A model generated the notes under the pieces. That model saw only the letters and a list, made by a program, of their open reading frames with translations, was not told the origin of the DNA and did not search any database. Shown here in pieces: positions 48,783 through 59,700 of a stretch of 64,000 bases of DNA; within the stretch, counting starts at the first letter, position 1, and the number at the start of each line of letters is the position of its first letter. The translations under genes were made by a program, and so were the position numbers. Location of the stretch: assembly GCA_000146465.1 (NCBI GenBank), contig CP001950.1; one strand, 5' to 3'.

Positions 48783-49988
48783 ATGGAATTCTTGGACAGG
48801 TTAATTCTTGGATCCAGAACTCCAAGATATGCAGACGAAGCTCTTTTTCCTTCAAGGACTTACAAAAAACCTATGTGTAATAGAAAACATTGCAATACCT
48901 CATGTACTTCTAGAGTGCTCGAAGAATTTGAATTCTGGGCTTATTTTCTTTCTGAAAAGGAGCCTAACAGAAGAGAGGTAAGAAAGAAAATTCATACGAT
49001 GAGCAAAGACTTGAGATTTTCAATTTGGATCAAATGTGTTGGATCTCGGGAAAAGTTTATAAGGATGAAGGAGATAGGACTTTCTAATACGAAGGAAGCC
49101 CGAGATGTTGAAAGCAAAGAAGATGGGAATAGGAAGTTGGACGATAAGGGTTTGGTAAAGTTCATATTGGACATGTGTAGAGATGCGGAAGGAAATAACC
49201 AAGAAGCTATATTCAATATTCTAAAGAATTTAGAAAGAGACTTTTCTTCAATATCTAATAAAAAGCTCCTTGCATTGACCATAATGCACATTCTGGAGCT
49301 TCCATATGCCTCCCCACAAACTACATATCGCTTTATTCATTCCTTAATGGAATCTCACAACTTCTGTAGTGTATTCTCAGGATTCAATGAGTCTGAACTA
49401 GATAATGGAATGGATCAAGATGATGAGAATAGCGTCCATTCGGCATTTTGGAAGTTCATCATTTCTGAGAATGCTTTGGTGTTTGACAGAATAATAGATC
49501 TCTTAGTTTGTTATGAGGGTGCGAATATAGCGTCTGTTCCCACATTTCTTAAGAAGCAGACCGGAGATAATGATGTTCAGAAGTGGGTTGAATTCATTTC
49601 TGTGAGATCCAATCTCGACAAGCTAGGAAGTGTTTTCGACAGTGAGAGGTTAGAAGGTCCTACTGAGGTGGAAGACAGAGAAGAGACATACTTTGACTTT
49701 TTAGTCATCCAGAACGAGACGATAAAGGCCCAAGAAATGATGAAAATAGAAACCAATGAAAAGTTGAATTCTCTTAAAGAAGAGAGAGATGAGCTTTATG
49801 CACAAAAGGTCAATCTTATGGAAGCATGTTCTTCCTTGGAGTCGGATCTCAAGGAATATCAAAAAGAATACGTTAAGAAAGTAGAAGAGATGCTCCATAG
49901 TGTTGAAGATAAGTGCGAGAAGTATGAAAAAGAAAATATGGAGCTTAAGGCAAAAGTGGATGAAAAAGAACAAGTGAAAGATTTGTAA
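48783..49988 (+). CDS. Hypothetical protein with a C-terminal coiled coil (possible TBC/RabGAP-like N-terminal region, very tentative).
   Basis: ATG-initiated 401-aa ORF. The C-terminal 100 aa is heptad-rich (KEERDELYAQKVNLMEA...KENMELKAKVDEKEQ). Confidence 0.4.
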   Translation: MEFLDRLILGSRTPRYADEALFPSRTYKKPMCNRKHCNTSCTSRVLEEFEFWAYFLSEKEPNRREVRKKIHTMSKDLRFSIWIKCVGSREKFIRMKEIGLSNTKEARDVESKEDGNRKLDDKGLVKFILDMCRDAEGNNQEAIFNILKNLERDFSSISNKKLLALTIMHILELPYASPQTTYRFIHSLMESHNFCSVFSGFNESELDNGMDQDDENSVHSAFWKFIISENALVFDRIIDLLVCYEGANIASVPTFLKKQTGDNDVQKWVEFISVRSNLDKLGSVFDSERLEGPTEVEDREETYFDFLVIQNETIKAQEMMKIETNEKLNSLKEERDELYAQKVNLMEACSSLESDLKEYQKEYVKKVEEMLHSVEDKCEKYEKENMELKAKVDEKEQVKDL

Positions 49989-50038
49989 CAATTAAATAGA
50001 TATTTTATTTTGGTCCGTAACTGTTTAGACTGTTAGAA

Positions 50039-53000
50039 ATGATCCCCTTGAGTCTTATGCATATCAAGCAAATAAGGTTGAAAAACTTCAAAAGCTTCAA
50101 GGATGAGACTCTGGTAGAATTTACAGAGAATGTCAATATAATTGTGGGGCGGAATGGAAGTGGAAAGAGTAGCATTGTCTCAGCTATCCGTTTTGTTCTG
50201 TGTGGAGAGAAATACAACTGTGAATCTAGGATGGAGCTTATTCACGAAGGAAGTAGGGCTAGCGAAGAAGAGGCAAGCGTTGAGATTGTATTTGATAGTG
50301 GATCTCCGGAGTCCCTGGGGAAGGGATTTAGTATTAAGAGGGTTGTAGATGCCAAGAAAGATGAATATATGCTGGATAACAAGACTATATCTCGAGATGA
50401 GTTGGGAGGTCTGCTTCAAGGTCATGGGTTTGCCACAAGTAGTCCATATTTTATTGTTTTACAGGAAGAAATATCGGAGCTTGCAGTTCTTAGCGACAGA
50501 AGAAGGTATGAATTGATAAAAGATGTTGCGGGAGTGTCTGAATACGAAAAGGATAGGGAAAATAGCATGCAGACGCTTGAAGAAACTAAACAGAGTGAAA
50601 ACAAAATTGAGCTGTTATTAGAAAGGATCGAAGAAAAGTTAAGAGGATTTGAAAACGATAAAAAAGAGGCAGAGTTGTGCTTGGAGCTAGAAAAAGAGAA
50701 AAGAAGGCTTGAATATGGATATATTGAGAGAGAAGTTGGAGAGATCAATGAAGAGATATGTAAAATTGAAAATCTTGGATCTAATAATCTTGAAGAGAGC
50801 TCCGAAGAAAATGAAGATTATGGATGCGAGATCAGAGAAGTAGAGAGCAAACTAGAAAGGCTTGGTAGACGAAGGAAAGAGCTCCATGTAGACGAAAAGT
50901 ACAAAGATAAGGAATCTGAGATTGAAAATGAGATCAAAAATATTGAGAAGAAAAGGAATGATCTTTTAGGATCCCTTGAGATTGAAAAAAAGACTCTAAA
51001 GAGTCTTAAAAGGAATGAAATGGAAACCTTTGTAAGGTCGGGTTATATAAAATATCTAATAGTGTTTTTAGAAACTCTGGGAAATAGAGAAGTGAGTTCT
51101 GAAGAAATAGAGATATCCAAGAGAGCTTTGAAGGAAAAGATCGAGAAGTTAAAGGATTTTAATAATCTGGATCATTCGGGGAAGTTTGAAGAAAAAAGAA
51201 ATATTGAGGAGTTAATTGAAAGGAGAAAGCATCTATGGAGAGAAGAAAGAAGGTTGAAGCTTTCCGAAGAATCAATAGGGGGAATTGTTAAGTCCCAGGA
51301 AGGAAGATTAATTGCGATGGGAAACATCGGTTTGGATGTATACAAGCAGATTAAGAATGAAAAGGGGGTATTGGGATATGTGTACGATTTGATAAGCATA
51401 CCTAATGAGTTAGCCAATGCGTTTGAAGCCGTTGTGGGAAATGCTCTCTTCAATATAGTTGTGGAGAGTGAAGATGTGGCATCTAATGTGTTGAAAAAGA
51501 TGAAGGACTTAAGGTTTAGAGTAACATTTATGCCGCTTAATAGAATTGAATATAAGGAGGAAAATGAGATAGAAGATTCGAATGTTATTTCGTTGACATC
51601 ACAATTGAAATGCAACCAGCAATATAAGCCTCTCCTCAGATATATCACTAAAAATTTCTATCTTTGTCCAGACTTGAAACAAGCACTTCATCTGTCCAAG
51701 AAGTATGGAATCAATGTTGTTACTCTCTCAGGGGAAGTGGTGGCCAGGGAAGGAACTATTACAGGAGGATATGAGAGAAGAAACATGGTTTTCCAGGAAT
51801 ATAAGAGGATATGCAAAGAATCAAGAAAGATAAAAGGTGAAATGATTAAAGTGCAGCATGAACTTGGGAAAATTAATAAGGAGATTGAAGAGGTAAAAAT
51901 GCACAAGGAGTGTGGAAGCGATGAATCCAGATACTACGAAAGTTTGAAATCCTCCGTTCTATTTCTTCAAGAGAAAATAAAGATACTAGAAGAAGTTGTT
52001 AAAGAGAAGCTTGATGGAAACGGTATCAACGGAAAGCTTCGAAAATTAAGAGAAGAGGAAAAAGACCTAAAGCTTAAAGGGATTTGGATTGGAGGAGAAA
52101 TTAAAAAAGTTGGAATGAGAATAGAAGAAGCTGAGATAGGAGTTAGGAATTTAAATGAAGGTGTAGGACGTCTTCGAGAAGAATTAAGTAAATCTAGCAT
52201 GTATAGAGAGGCAAAAGAGATTGAAAAAGAGATCTTGGAGTTGAAGGATAAGAAAAGAGCTGTAAAGGAGATGATGTTTAATGAGGAAAACATGGGACTG
52301 TTTGCAAAACCTAAAAAGATAAATGTTGAAGTGGAAAATCTAGTGAGGAGAAAGCACATGCTGATAAACAAAAGAAATGAACTCTGCGAAAGGATAGGGA
52401 TTTCCGACTTCAGAAACCTAGAAAGGCTATTTCCCGACAAAAAGAAAGAGGATATAATGAATGAAATAGTTAGAATAAATGAGAGAATTCGGGGGCTTTC
52501 GGTGGTTAACCGGGTAGCAGTGTCCCAATGGGAAAGTTATATAGAGCAGAAGAATTCTATAAGAAAAAGACTTGAGGAATTGAAGGATGATAAACGGCAC
52601 ATAAGTGAATTTATAGCCGAGCTGGATTCTCGAAAAGAAGGCGCAATGGGAAAGGCCATGTCTGTAGTAGAAGAAGGATTTTCCGAATTCTATTCAAGAC
52701 TCACGGAAGGAGGTAAAGCTGAGCTTTACTCATATGAATCAAGTATAGGAATTAAAGTTGGAAAGGATGTTGGAACAAGCCTACTTAGTGGAGGGCAAAA
52801 GGCTGTAGTAGCACTGTCTCTTATATTTAGTATGCAAAGAGTAAATCCCTCCCCTTTGTATGTATTTGACGAGATTGATGCCAATCTGGATGCCCAGAGT
52901 AGACAAAAGGTTTCAATGTTGATAAAAGAAATGAGCGAAAGAAATGGAAGCCAGTTTATAATAACGACTTTTAGAAAGGAGTTACTCAACTGCGGAGATA

Positions 53001-53101
53001 AGTATCTTAATGTTGAGTTCCGGGAAAAAAGAAGCAATATTAAGGATATCGATGCAGGAGTAGCCCATAAGTTCCTCGATGAAGACCTAGGGGAAAGATA
53101 A
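50039..53101 (+). CDS. SMC3: SMC3 cohesin ATPase (reduced, 1020 aa).
   Basis: Walker A 'IIVGRNGSGKSSIVSAIRFVL'. 'KRVVDAKKDEYMLDNKTISRDELGGLLQGHGFATSSPYFIVLQEEISELA' compared with SMC3 '[50 protein letters not shown]'. Hinge 'GYVYDLISIPNELANAFEAVVGNALFNIVVES'. Signature 'LSGGQKAVVALSLIFSMQ'. Walker B 'LYVFDEIDANLD'. Confidence 0.8.
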   Translation: MIPLSLMHIKQIRLKNFKSFKDETLVEFTENVNIIVGRNGSGKSSIVSAIRFVLCGEKYNCESRMELIHEGSRASEEEASVEIVFDSGSPESLGKGFSIKRVVDAKKDEYMLDNKTISRDELGGLLQGHGFATSSPYFIVLQEEISELAVLSDRRRYELIKDVAGVSEYEKDRENSMQTLEETKQSENKIELLLERIEEKLRGFENDKKEAELCLELEKEKRRLEYGYIEREVGEINEEICKIENLGSNNLEESSEENEDYGCEIREVESKLERLGRRRKELHVDEKYKDKESEIENEIKNIEKKRNDLLGSLEIEKKTLKSLKRNEMETFVRSGYIKYLIVFLETLGNREVSSEEIEISKRALKEKIEKLKDFNNLDHSGKFEEKRNIEELIERRKHLWREERRLKLSEESIGGIVKSQEGRLIAMGNIGLDVYKQIKNEKGVLGYVYDLISIPNELANAFEAVVGNALFNIVVESEDVASNVLKKMKDLRFRVTFMPLNRIEYKEENEIEDSNVISLTSQLKCNQQYKPLLRYITKNFYLCPDLKQALHLSKKYGINVVTLSGEVVAREGTITGGYERRNMVFQEYKRICKESRKIKGEMIKVQHELGKINKEIEEVKMHKECGSDESRYYESLKSSVLFLQEKIKILEEVVKEKLDGNGINGKLRKLREEEKDLKLKGIWIGGEIKKVGMRIEEAEIGVRNLNEGVGRLREELSKSSMYREAKEIEKEILELKDKKRAVKEMMFNEENMGLFAKPKKINVEVENLVRRKHMLINKRNELCERIGISDFRNLERLFPDKKKEDIMNEIVRINERIRGLSVVNRVAVSQWESYIEQKNSIRKRLEELKDDKRHISEFIAELDSRKEGAMGKAMSVVEEGFSEFYSRLTEGGKAELYSYESSIGIKVGKDVGTSLLSGGQKAVVALSLIFSMQRVNPSPLYVFDEIDANLDAQSRQKVSMLIKEMSERNGSQFIITTFRKELLNCGDKYLNVEFREKRSNIKDIDAGVAHKFLDEDLGER

Positions 53102-53158
53102 AGGTCTTGCACCTACAGGGCTTGTACTTTTCTAAAGCGAGTCGATTCCCCTAATTAA

Positions 53159-53464
53159 ATGGGTGAAAATAAGGACTTTATTTCTCCGCTTGATTTAGCA
53201 AAAAGATTGAGATCTAACGTATATGATCCAGTTAAAACACTTTTATCGATTCAATGCTTAAGTCGTCCACTTTCCGTGGACAGAAGCCAAGTAAGAGCAA
53301 TAAGAAGGCTTTCAAAGTTTCTTTTTAGTCTTTCCCTAGATAAAGAGGTGCTTGTTTCCTTGGCGTTCAATCCCGAAGCAGTTGATACATTTATGGATTT
53401 TGGTAAGATAGTTATGCATCGGGAGTATAACAAAATTTATTACTGCATTGATATTAAGCCATGA
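53159..53464 (+). CDS. Hypothetical small protein (101 aa).
   Basis: ATG-initiated ORF in a spacer that would otherwise be 430 bp. No recognisable motif. Confidence 0.3.
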   Translation: MGENKDFISPLDLAKRLRSNVYDPVKTLLSIQCLSRPLSVDRSQVRAIRRLSKFLFSLSLDKEVLVSLAFNPEAVDTFMDFGKIVMHREYNKIYYCIDIKP

Positions 53465-53535
53465 ACAATTGTAGTAAATATCTCCAAGTTTCTTTTTTTG
53501 TGTAAAGGTTTTTTCATAAAATCAACCAAACCCTA

Positions 53536-54855
53536 ATGCTGAAAGAGCTTATTGATGAAGATGACTTCTGCAGAAAGCTGAGGACATCTAAGGAGGAAGA
53601 CTCAAAAACTGGTTTCTATAGGCTTTTTTATGTTTTATTGGACGATCCGTCTCTGCAAGTGTTGGAAAGCCTTCTTTCTAATTACACATTGCAGGATGTT
53701 GTAAACGGCCTCAAACACCTCATTAAGTTCAAATTCGATAGACTAACTAAGGAGGTCTATGCGAACATACTTCTTGTGGTCCGAATGATGCTGGACTATG
53801 AAGAAAACATAGACACGCTTATCATAAATCTTTTGCGGCACCATCTAGTGGAGGAAGTGTATTCGATGTACAAAGACAAGCCAAAGTATTTCAACAACCA
53901 TCCAAACTGTCTATCATTCTTGGCGTTCTTTTGTGCTCAGAGTAGCACTAGAAGAGATGCTTTCGAAGCCAATCTTAGCACACGGGACTTCTTGTTTATG
54001 ACCATAAAGGAGATGATGTCAGGCTCCCACTTTGAAGATCAGAAAAAAAAAAAGATAAAGAAAGAATCCATCCATGGAAGTTCTGAGTATCCAATCTTTC
54101 CATTTACGTCTTATTTTTCTTCAAAGAAACTCTTGCCGGCTCTGTTTATGCCAACATCTTTAAATATCCTATCTTCCCAGCTTTCTGTGGACTTGGAGAT
54201 GAATATTATGTTTATCTTGGAGCATGACCAAAACTTTGACTTTCATTTAGAGCTCCTCTTCAAGAATCATATAAGAAACTTGGATGACGCATGCAGGGTC
54301 CTAAGATTTGTAGTTAACATTCCATATCCGCAGAATATTGGAAGGCTAGTTAACTCACTTCTAGACAAGTATCCGTCATCGTATATTGCAGTAATATATG
54401 ATATGCTGTTCTGGAATCAAAAGGAAAGGTTAAATGGGAACCTGGTGGAGTATCTCAAAGGAAATAGTAACAAGATTGCAGAAAAAATAACTTCTCTTCA
54501 GGAAGAATGGAAACCATTGAAGCTAGCAATGGAAAGTATTAAAAAAAGGCAAGAATGCACAGTAGAAAGCATAACTAAGATGATTCATGGTCTCAACTTT
54601 CAAAAGTATTTTGGGCTTGTCAAGGAAATGGAAAAATGGGGTACTCCTATAGTTCCAAAAGAAATGTATGATAGAATTATATTAGAATCGTCTGAATGGG
54701 ATGGGTATGCTCAGGTTTATCTATGGAAAATAATAGGGTTTCAGAAAATTTATTTAGGACTGGATGTTGACACACCAAAGAGAATAGAAAGTCTTGAGGG
54801 AATAGAGGGTTTTGAAATTATTAAGAGTCTCTCAAATATTAAAAAGAGAACTTGA
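53536..54855 (+). CDS. Hypothetical alpha-helical protein (439 aa).
   Basis: Long ATG-initiated ORF. Contains an in-CDS A11 homopolymer at 54044-54054 (QKKKKIKKE). Confidence 0.45.
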   Translation: MLKELIDEDDFCRKLRTSKEEDSKTGFYRLFYVLLDDPSLQVLESLLSNYTLQDVVNGLKHLIKFKFDRLTKEVYANILLVVRMMLDYEENIDTLIINLLRHHLVEEVYSMYKDKPKYFNNHPNCLSFLAFFCAQSSTRRDAFEANLSTRDFLFMTIKEMMSGSHFEDQKKKKIKKESIHGSSEYPIFPFTSYFSSKKLLPALFMPTSLNILSSQLSVDLEMNIMFILEHDQNFDFHLELLFKNHIRNLDDACRVLRFVVNIPYPQNIGRLVNSLLDKYPSSYIAVIYDMLFWNQKERLNGNLVEYLKGNSNKIAEKITSLQEEWKPLKLAMESIKKRQECTVESITKMIHGLNFQKYFGLVKEMEKWGTPIVPKEMYDRIILESSEWDGYAQVYLWKIIGFQKIYLGLDVDTPKRIESLEGIEGFEIIKSLSNIKKRT

Positions 54856-54869
54856 AACATGTTTTTTAT

Positions 54870-55511
54870 CTATAAAATTGATTTCCTTTTTAGAATTGTA
54901 TCCAGATCATCCTTATGTTTTTTTATCTCAATTATGTGCTTTTTCAAAGAAAGTGCGTCATCAATCCTCAAATGTCTTAAACAAATCAGATATCTCAAGT
55001 TTATAGCATTCAACTGTTCATCAATAAGATCCATCATTGACTTTATTCGTACTACAGTCCATTCGTTTACTGTGCTTGCTCGAATCTTCAACTTTATGCT
55101 GTTAAGTATAAGTATCTCCTCATGGCTTAGTCCCGTGGGCTCCAAAGTAAGAATTTTTCCAATTAGGTCTTGCAGAGGACACCTTGAAGAGATGCCTAGG
55201 AGCTTAAGGCACTCATCTTCGTTTTTAGAGAGAAGTTTTGATTTCCCAAGGCTTTTTGCTCTTATAATTTGAAATATCTTGGCATATTCAACAGCAATAG
55301 AAATTTTGAAGTCTGCTGGAAAAGGATGTAGTCTACAAAAACATGCCCTACACACAATGTCCTTAATAGGCATCCTCCTGCTGCACAGAGAGCAGCTCGT
55401 AGATTTTGGCTGCTTACTAAGATATTCGAAAATTAGTTTTTTCTGGAATAGACGTTCTTCCATCTTTATATTCCTCAGAACCTTAAATGCATCCGTCCAG
55501 CTGATTATCAT
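54870..55511 (-). CDS. Hypothetical protein with an N-terminal Cys4/5 zinc-ribbon-like motif.
   Basis: 'CSLCSRRMPIKDIVCRACFCRLH' near the N-terminus. The remainder is helical. ATG verified. Confidence 0.4.
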   Translation of the reverse strand: MIISWTDAFKVLRNIKMEERLFQKKLIFEYLSKQPKSTSCSLCSRRMPIKDIVCRACFCRLHPFPADFKISIAVEYAKIFQIIRAKSLGKSKLLSKNEDECLKLLGISSRCPLQDLIGKILTLEPTGLSHEEILILNSIKLKIRASTVNEWTVVRIKSMMDLIDEQLNAINLRYLICLRHLRIDDALSLKKHIIEIKKHKDDLDTILKRKSIL

Positions 55512-55617
55512 GATTCTTTTAAATGGCTGTTTGAGCGTTTGATTTATTATTTAGATAGAAACCTGTTTCAGGGGAGAAACTGCCATTCCAGGATTGGAAG
55601 AATTTTATTGAAATGCT

Positions 55618-56157
55618 TTAATCGGTTTTCTTATTGCTTTCAATTACATCTTTTTTGCTCAATTCACTTTCGGCAACAGTTTTGACGGCGTCGGTTGCTT
55701 TTCTCACCGCATTTTCAATTCCACACTCTTCTCTGTACCAGCTCTCTGGAATGCGTGCTAGTATGTTATCATAAATGATTATTCCCCCATGGAATCTAAG
55801 AGGACCTGCCCATAGAAGGAAAAAGAACTTTATAGTGTACCATAAGGGAATAAGACTGATAACTGTGGTGGAGTAAGCATCTAAGGATGTTAGGATTCCA
55901 AAGACCATCCAAAACACTAGCATATGCTTTCCCTCTTCCTTTTTTGGGTTGACCTGCCTCAATATAACAAGGGTTTCTTGAAGAGGAACAATTATCCCGA
56001 TGGTGGATGTTACTAATGGACCAAGAGATGTTGTCATGATAATTACCAAACAGAGAAAGCTTATTCCAAGCAGAGCATACTCCTTCCTGATGTTCATACG
56101 CTTCTCAAAGGCATCCAGAATAGGAATCTTCTCAGCTTGTTTTCGCAAACAATCCAT
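55618..56157 (-). CDS. YOP1: Yop1/REEP/DP1 (TB2/HVA22) family ER-shaping membrane protein.
   Basis: Two hairpin TM regions with 'MLVFWMVFGILTSLDAYSTTVISLIPLWYTIKFFFLLWAGPLRFHGGIIIYD', matching the TB2/DP1 signature (W..Y...F..E.......iPfY...K..fllWl..P...Ga..iY). Confidence 0.75.
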   Translation of the reverse strand: MDCLRKQAEKIPILDAFEKRMNIRKEYALLGISFLCLVIIMTTSLGPLVTSTIGIIVPLQETLVILRQVNPKKEEGKHMLVFWMVFGILTSLDAYSTTVISLIPLWYTIKFFFLLWAGPLRFHGGIIIYDNILARIPESWYREECGIENAVRKATDAVKTVAESELSKKDVIESNKKTD

Positions 56158-56245
56158 TTTCAGGGCCTATTTTTAAACAAACATATAGGAAATTTTGGAT
56201 TTTATTGACCCTTGGATTTAGAATTTCTTATTTTCATAGCCTGAA

Positions 56246-56695
56246 ATGGCGCTTTCTTCTTCGAGACATAGTTTCTTTATGGACATGGCCTTAGATCAAG
56301 CCGAAAAAGCATTTGATCAGCTGGAAGTTCCAGTGGGTTGTGTTGTTGTTAGAGATGGAATTGTAGTATCAAAATCCCATAATATGACAAATGCTAACAA
56401 ATCTCCACTTGATCATGCCGAAGTTATCTCTATTAGAAGTACAGACTGTTCCAATAGTACATTTTATGTAACTTGTGAGCCATGTATCATGTGTATGGGC
56501 ATACTAGGGAGGTTGAAGGGAGTTAGGGTGTACTATGGATGTAAGAATGAAATCTTTGGAAGTGAAACCATATGCGGGGTTGGGATAGAAAGTACGTATC
56601 TTCCGGATGATCGATGCTTTAAGATACTGCAGAAATTCTATTCTAGAGAAAATGCATTTGCTCCTGATGAAAAGAGAAAGTTGAAGAACCGCTAA
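56246..56695 (+). CDS. TAD2: tRNA-specific adenosine deaminase Tad2/ADAT2 (CDA-fold deaminase).
   Basis: Zinc-binding 'DHAEVISI' (H-A-E) and 'VTCEPCIMCMGIL' (PCxxC). N-terminal 'PVGCVVVRDGIVVSKSHN' is typical of TadA/Tad2. Confidence 0.75.
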   Translation: MALSSSRHSFFMDMALDQAEKAFDQLEVPVGCVVVRDGIVVSKSHNMTNANKSPLDHAEVISIRSTDCSNSTFYVTCEPCIMCMGILGRLKGVRVYYGCKNEIFGSETICGVGIESTYLPDDRCFKILQKFYSRENAFAPDEKRKLKNR

Positions 56696-56719
56696 TGAGA
56701 AGAGGATCGTTGATATCGC

Positions 56720-59700
56720 CTATCTTATTGATTTCAGAATAGACAGTAAGCTTTCTGATGGCAAGTATCTGGGGCATATGAAAGCGTGAGAAGAGACCCC
56801 CGTGTACGAGGGAAGAGTTACAGTTGGATCAGAGATAAATTTGTCATTCCTGTTGTCATTTCCAAAAAAGTATGAAGCCTCTGCATCGAGTTTAGATACA
56901 ATTTCATTTATCTGGAGACAATTCAAAATAGAGCATTCGTCCAAAATCAGGTCTGCCGTCGCTCGAGACTCAACAAGATTGATAAGCCTTATTATAGCTG
57001 TAGTATGAGATAGGTTAAACATCCCCTCCAGATAGTTTATGCTCCTGCAGAACTTATCTATTTCGTTTATGTTGTAGTTTATCTGGACGCCTCTATTGAA
57101 AGACAGGAAATTCTTTTTAACAAGGATCTCGTTGAAAACAGAAATATTGATGGTCTTCAAAAGATAATTGATGGACTCCATGATATATGGGTCTGGAATG
57201 TAATAGTAGGACATCTGGTGGTAGAAATATTCCAAGAGATGTATGAGTTTGGAGATGTGAGGAGGTTTGAATAGTTTTTTGAAATATCCCTCGCTACACT
57301 TGAATTTGGACAGCTGCTGGTGTTCTAGGACAGCATGTGGCAGGACTTCAAGAAGAAAGCTTCTTTGAAGCTCGCAAAGATGTTTGAACAGAATGGATAT
57401 AAGGCTCTTAACTTCTTCCACATTGTTAACACCGTATCCACGAAGTATGTTTTCATATTCAATGAGATTTGATAGTATAAAAGAAACCTTATGTATGTTT
57501 CTTTCAAACATATGTAGTTGAAGATTGATCTCATTCATCATACAAGCAGTACTTTCCACTATATTCTTCCCAAGCTTGTTTACGGCATAGAATGCAGAAT
57601 GAGCAAGCCCTAGAATTTCAGGTTTTGGCACTTCCTCATTAGAAAATGTAGGGACAAATTCCAGATAAAGCTGTACCAAGCAATTGAACACATTGTAGGC
57701 ATTGGTAAATGATACACTCATGTGGGAGTCGTCATCCTCCTCTTTTTCGGAAAGGCGTTTTTCCAGGTCCTCAACCTTTGCCTTGTATTTCTCAAGTTCC
57801 AGTTCAATCATATTTTTTTTCTTTAAAGCTTCACTTTGAAATCTATACTTCAGTTCAAGAGATTTACAATTCCTACAAGGAGCTTCGCAGAACTTTTTAT
57901 ACTTTTCTATCTTTAACTCCAAATCCCGTATGATTTCTTTGTAGCTTCTCTGTTTTCTATTATCTTCCTGTGCATTGCAGGGATCTGTAGTATTATATCC
58001 TTTATCTATCATAAGCTCTACAGAATTGCTTTCAATCGAAACAGAGCTTTCTGCGACCACAGGCTCATTTACAAACATGATTCTTTGCTTTTTATCACAG
58101 TTATGGTTATTCAAATAGCTCCTCAATGCATTCTTTATATTTCTAAAACATTCTTCATAAAATAGAGATCTACGAATCTCTAAAATCCTTAGGCTCTCAT
58201 TACTCATGAAGTATCTGCTCTTCCCTTTTTTCACCGTCACCATTTCAAATGTGGTGGATCCAAGGACTTCGTAACGGGTTTCAAACTCGTTCTTTTGTAT
58301 CTCCTGAGGGAAACATTGCTTACTTATTCTTATTGTTTCTAGGACACCACACTCGGCAAGTTGCTTTGCTATCAATGGCCTGTCAAATAGCTTTGGTTTC
58401 TTCTGTGCATTCGGCCTTATACATTTAATATACTTTGTCTGTGTTTCGTTTATAGAATGAAGCAGATTGTTCATGGAATCTTTAAAGTACTTAACCAAAT
58501 CTTCCTTATTTTCTTCATGAATAATAAGGGGATTTTCGAAAATTTTCAGGTTTCCTCTTTCTCTGTTCTTGTCTAGAAAAGATCTTAAGTCGTATTCTAC
58601 ATCTCCAGCATAGTGAGACACAACTATCTTGTCGTCGGCCTTGGTTCTAATATTTCCTTTTAGATAATTTTTTATCTTCATACTTAGGTTCTGAACATTT
58701 CCCCAGGCATTAAAACTCTCCTCACTTATTAAATCCATAAGTCCACAAGGCTTCTCAAAGTCTAGGATACATTGATTGTTGTCAAAGAACTCAACATCTC
58801 TCCATTCAATTCCCTCTTTCTTGTACATTTCTTGTTTTCCTCGGAAAACCTTCCTAATAAAATCATTCTGTATCTTTTCGTTCGTCCAGTTTATGCAAAG
58901 CTGATCAAGCCCGTTCTTTTCAAAAATCTCAAATCCGAATATATCTAGGACAGATATAAAAAGCTCTCCATTCCCGCTCAGGCAGTTATTTATAGACGAT
59001 GTAATATAATTGAATATATTGGAATACAACAACCGAGCCATCGAGTTTCTTATTGTAACTGCTTGTTTCAAAGTGTTGAAGACTTCAATGGTTTCTCCCT
59101 TAACTTGAATAGAAAACTTGACAAGAGATTCTTCAAATGCATCCTCTTGAATATCATGAAGCTTACAGAATTCTTTAAAACATTCGTTCCTCACAACCTT
59201 CAAAATCCCATCTCCTCCAAATTGAATGGATCCTAAATATAAAATTCCTAAAAGACAATCTTCAATCTTGTTTATGCAAGCCACCCCCACACTTTCCATT
59301 GCCGAACGTGTTGCCGCGTATTCTTTTGACAAACGCATAGAATATTCCTTATTTCCTACAAGACTTGAAGTGTCAATAAAGTCGTTCTTAAGATTTAAAC
59401 CTTTAGATGCACAGAATTGGTAGAATATATGAAAGTTTTTTTCTCCAATTTCATGGTGCGTTACTCTACTTTTTTCGAGGAGATATGTTTCAAATTTGGC
59501 TCCTGTTATTTTTCCATTGAACATTACCTTAATTCTCTTTCCAAACCTCGAACTATTGTCATTAAGAATTGTCTGGGCATTTCCAAATGCCTCTAAAATA
59601 GCATTTGCTGCTGCTATGTTCCTTTCGATCGAGGCACTACTTGCAGTTCTCTCTATCAAGTACTTTATAATCAGCTTTGCGTTTTCGGTTTTTCCCGAAC

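Noticed and set aside
168-53112. Numerous 60-160-aa ORFs antisense to, or out of frame within, the long genes (for example 168..662-, 4308..4769-, 7513..7911-, 17440..17898-, 42097..42573-, 51172..51648-, 51967..52440-)
   Set aside because: These are shadow ORFs embedded in confidently assigned conserved genes. They have low-complexity translations and no independent support.
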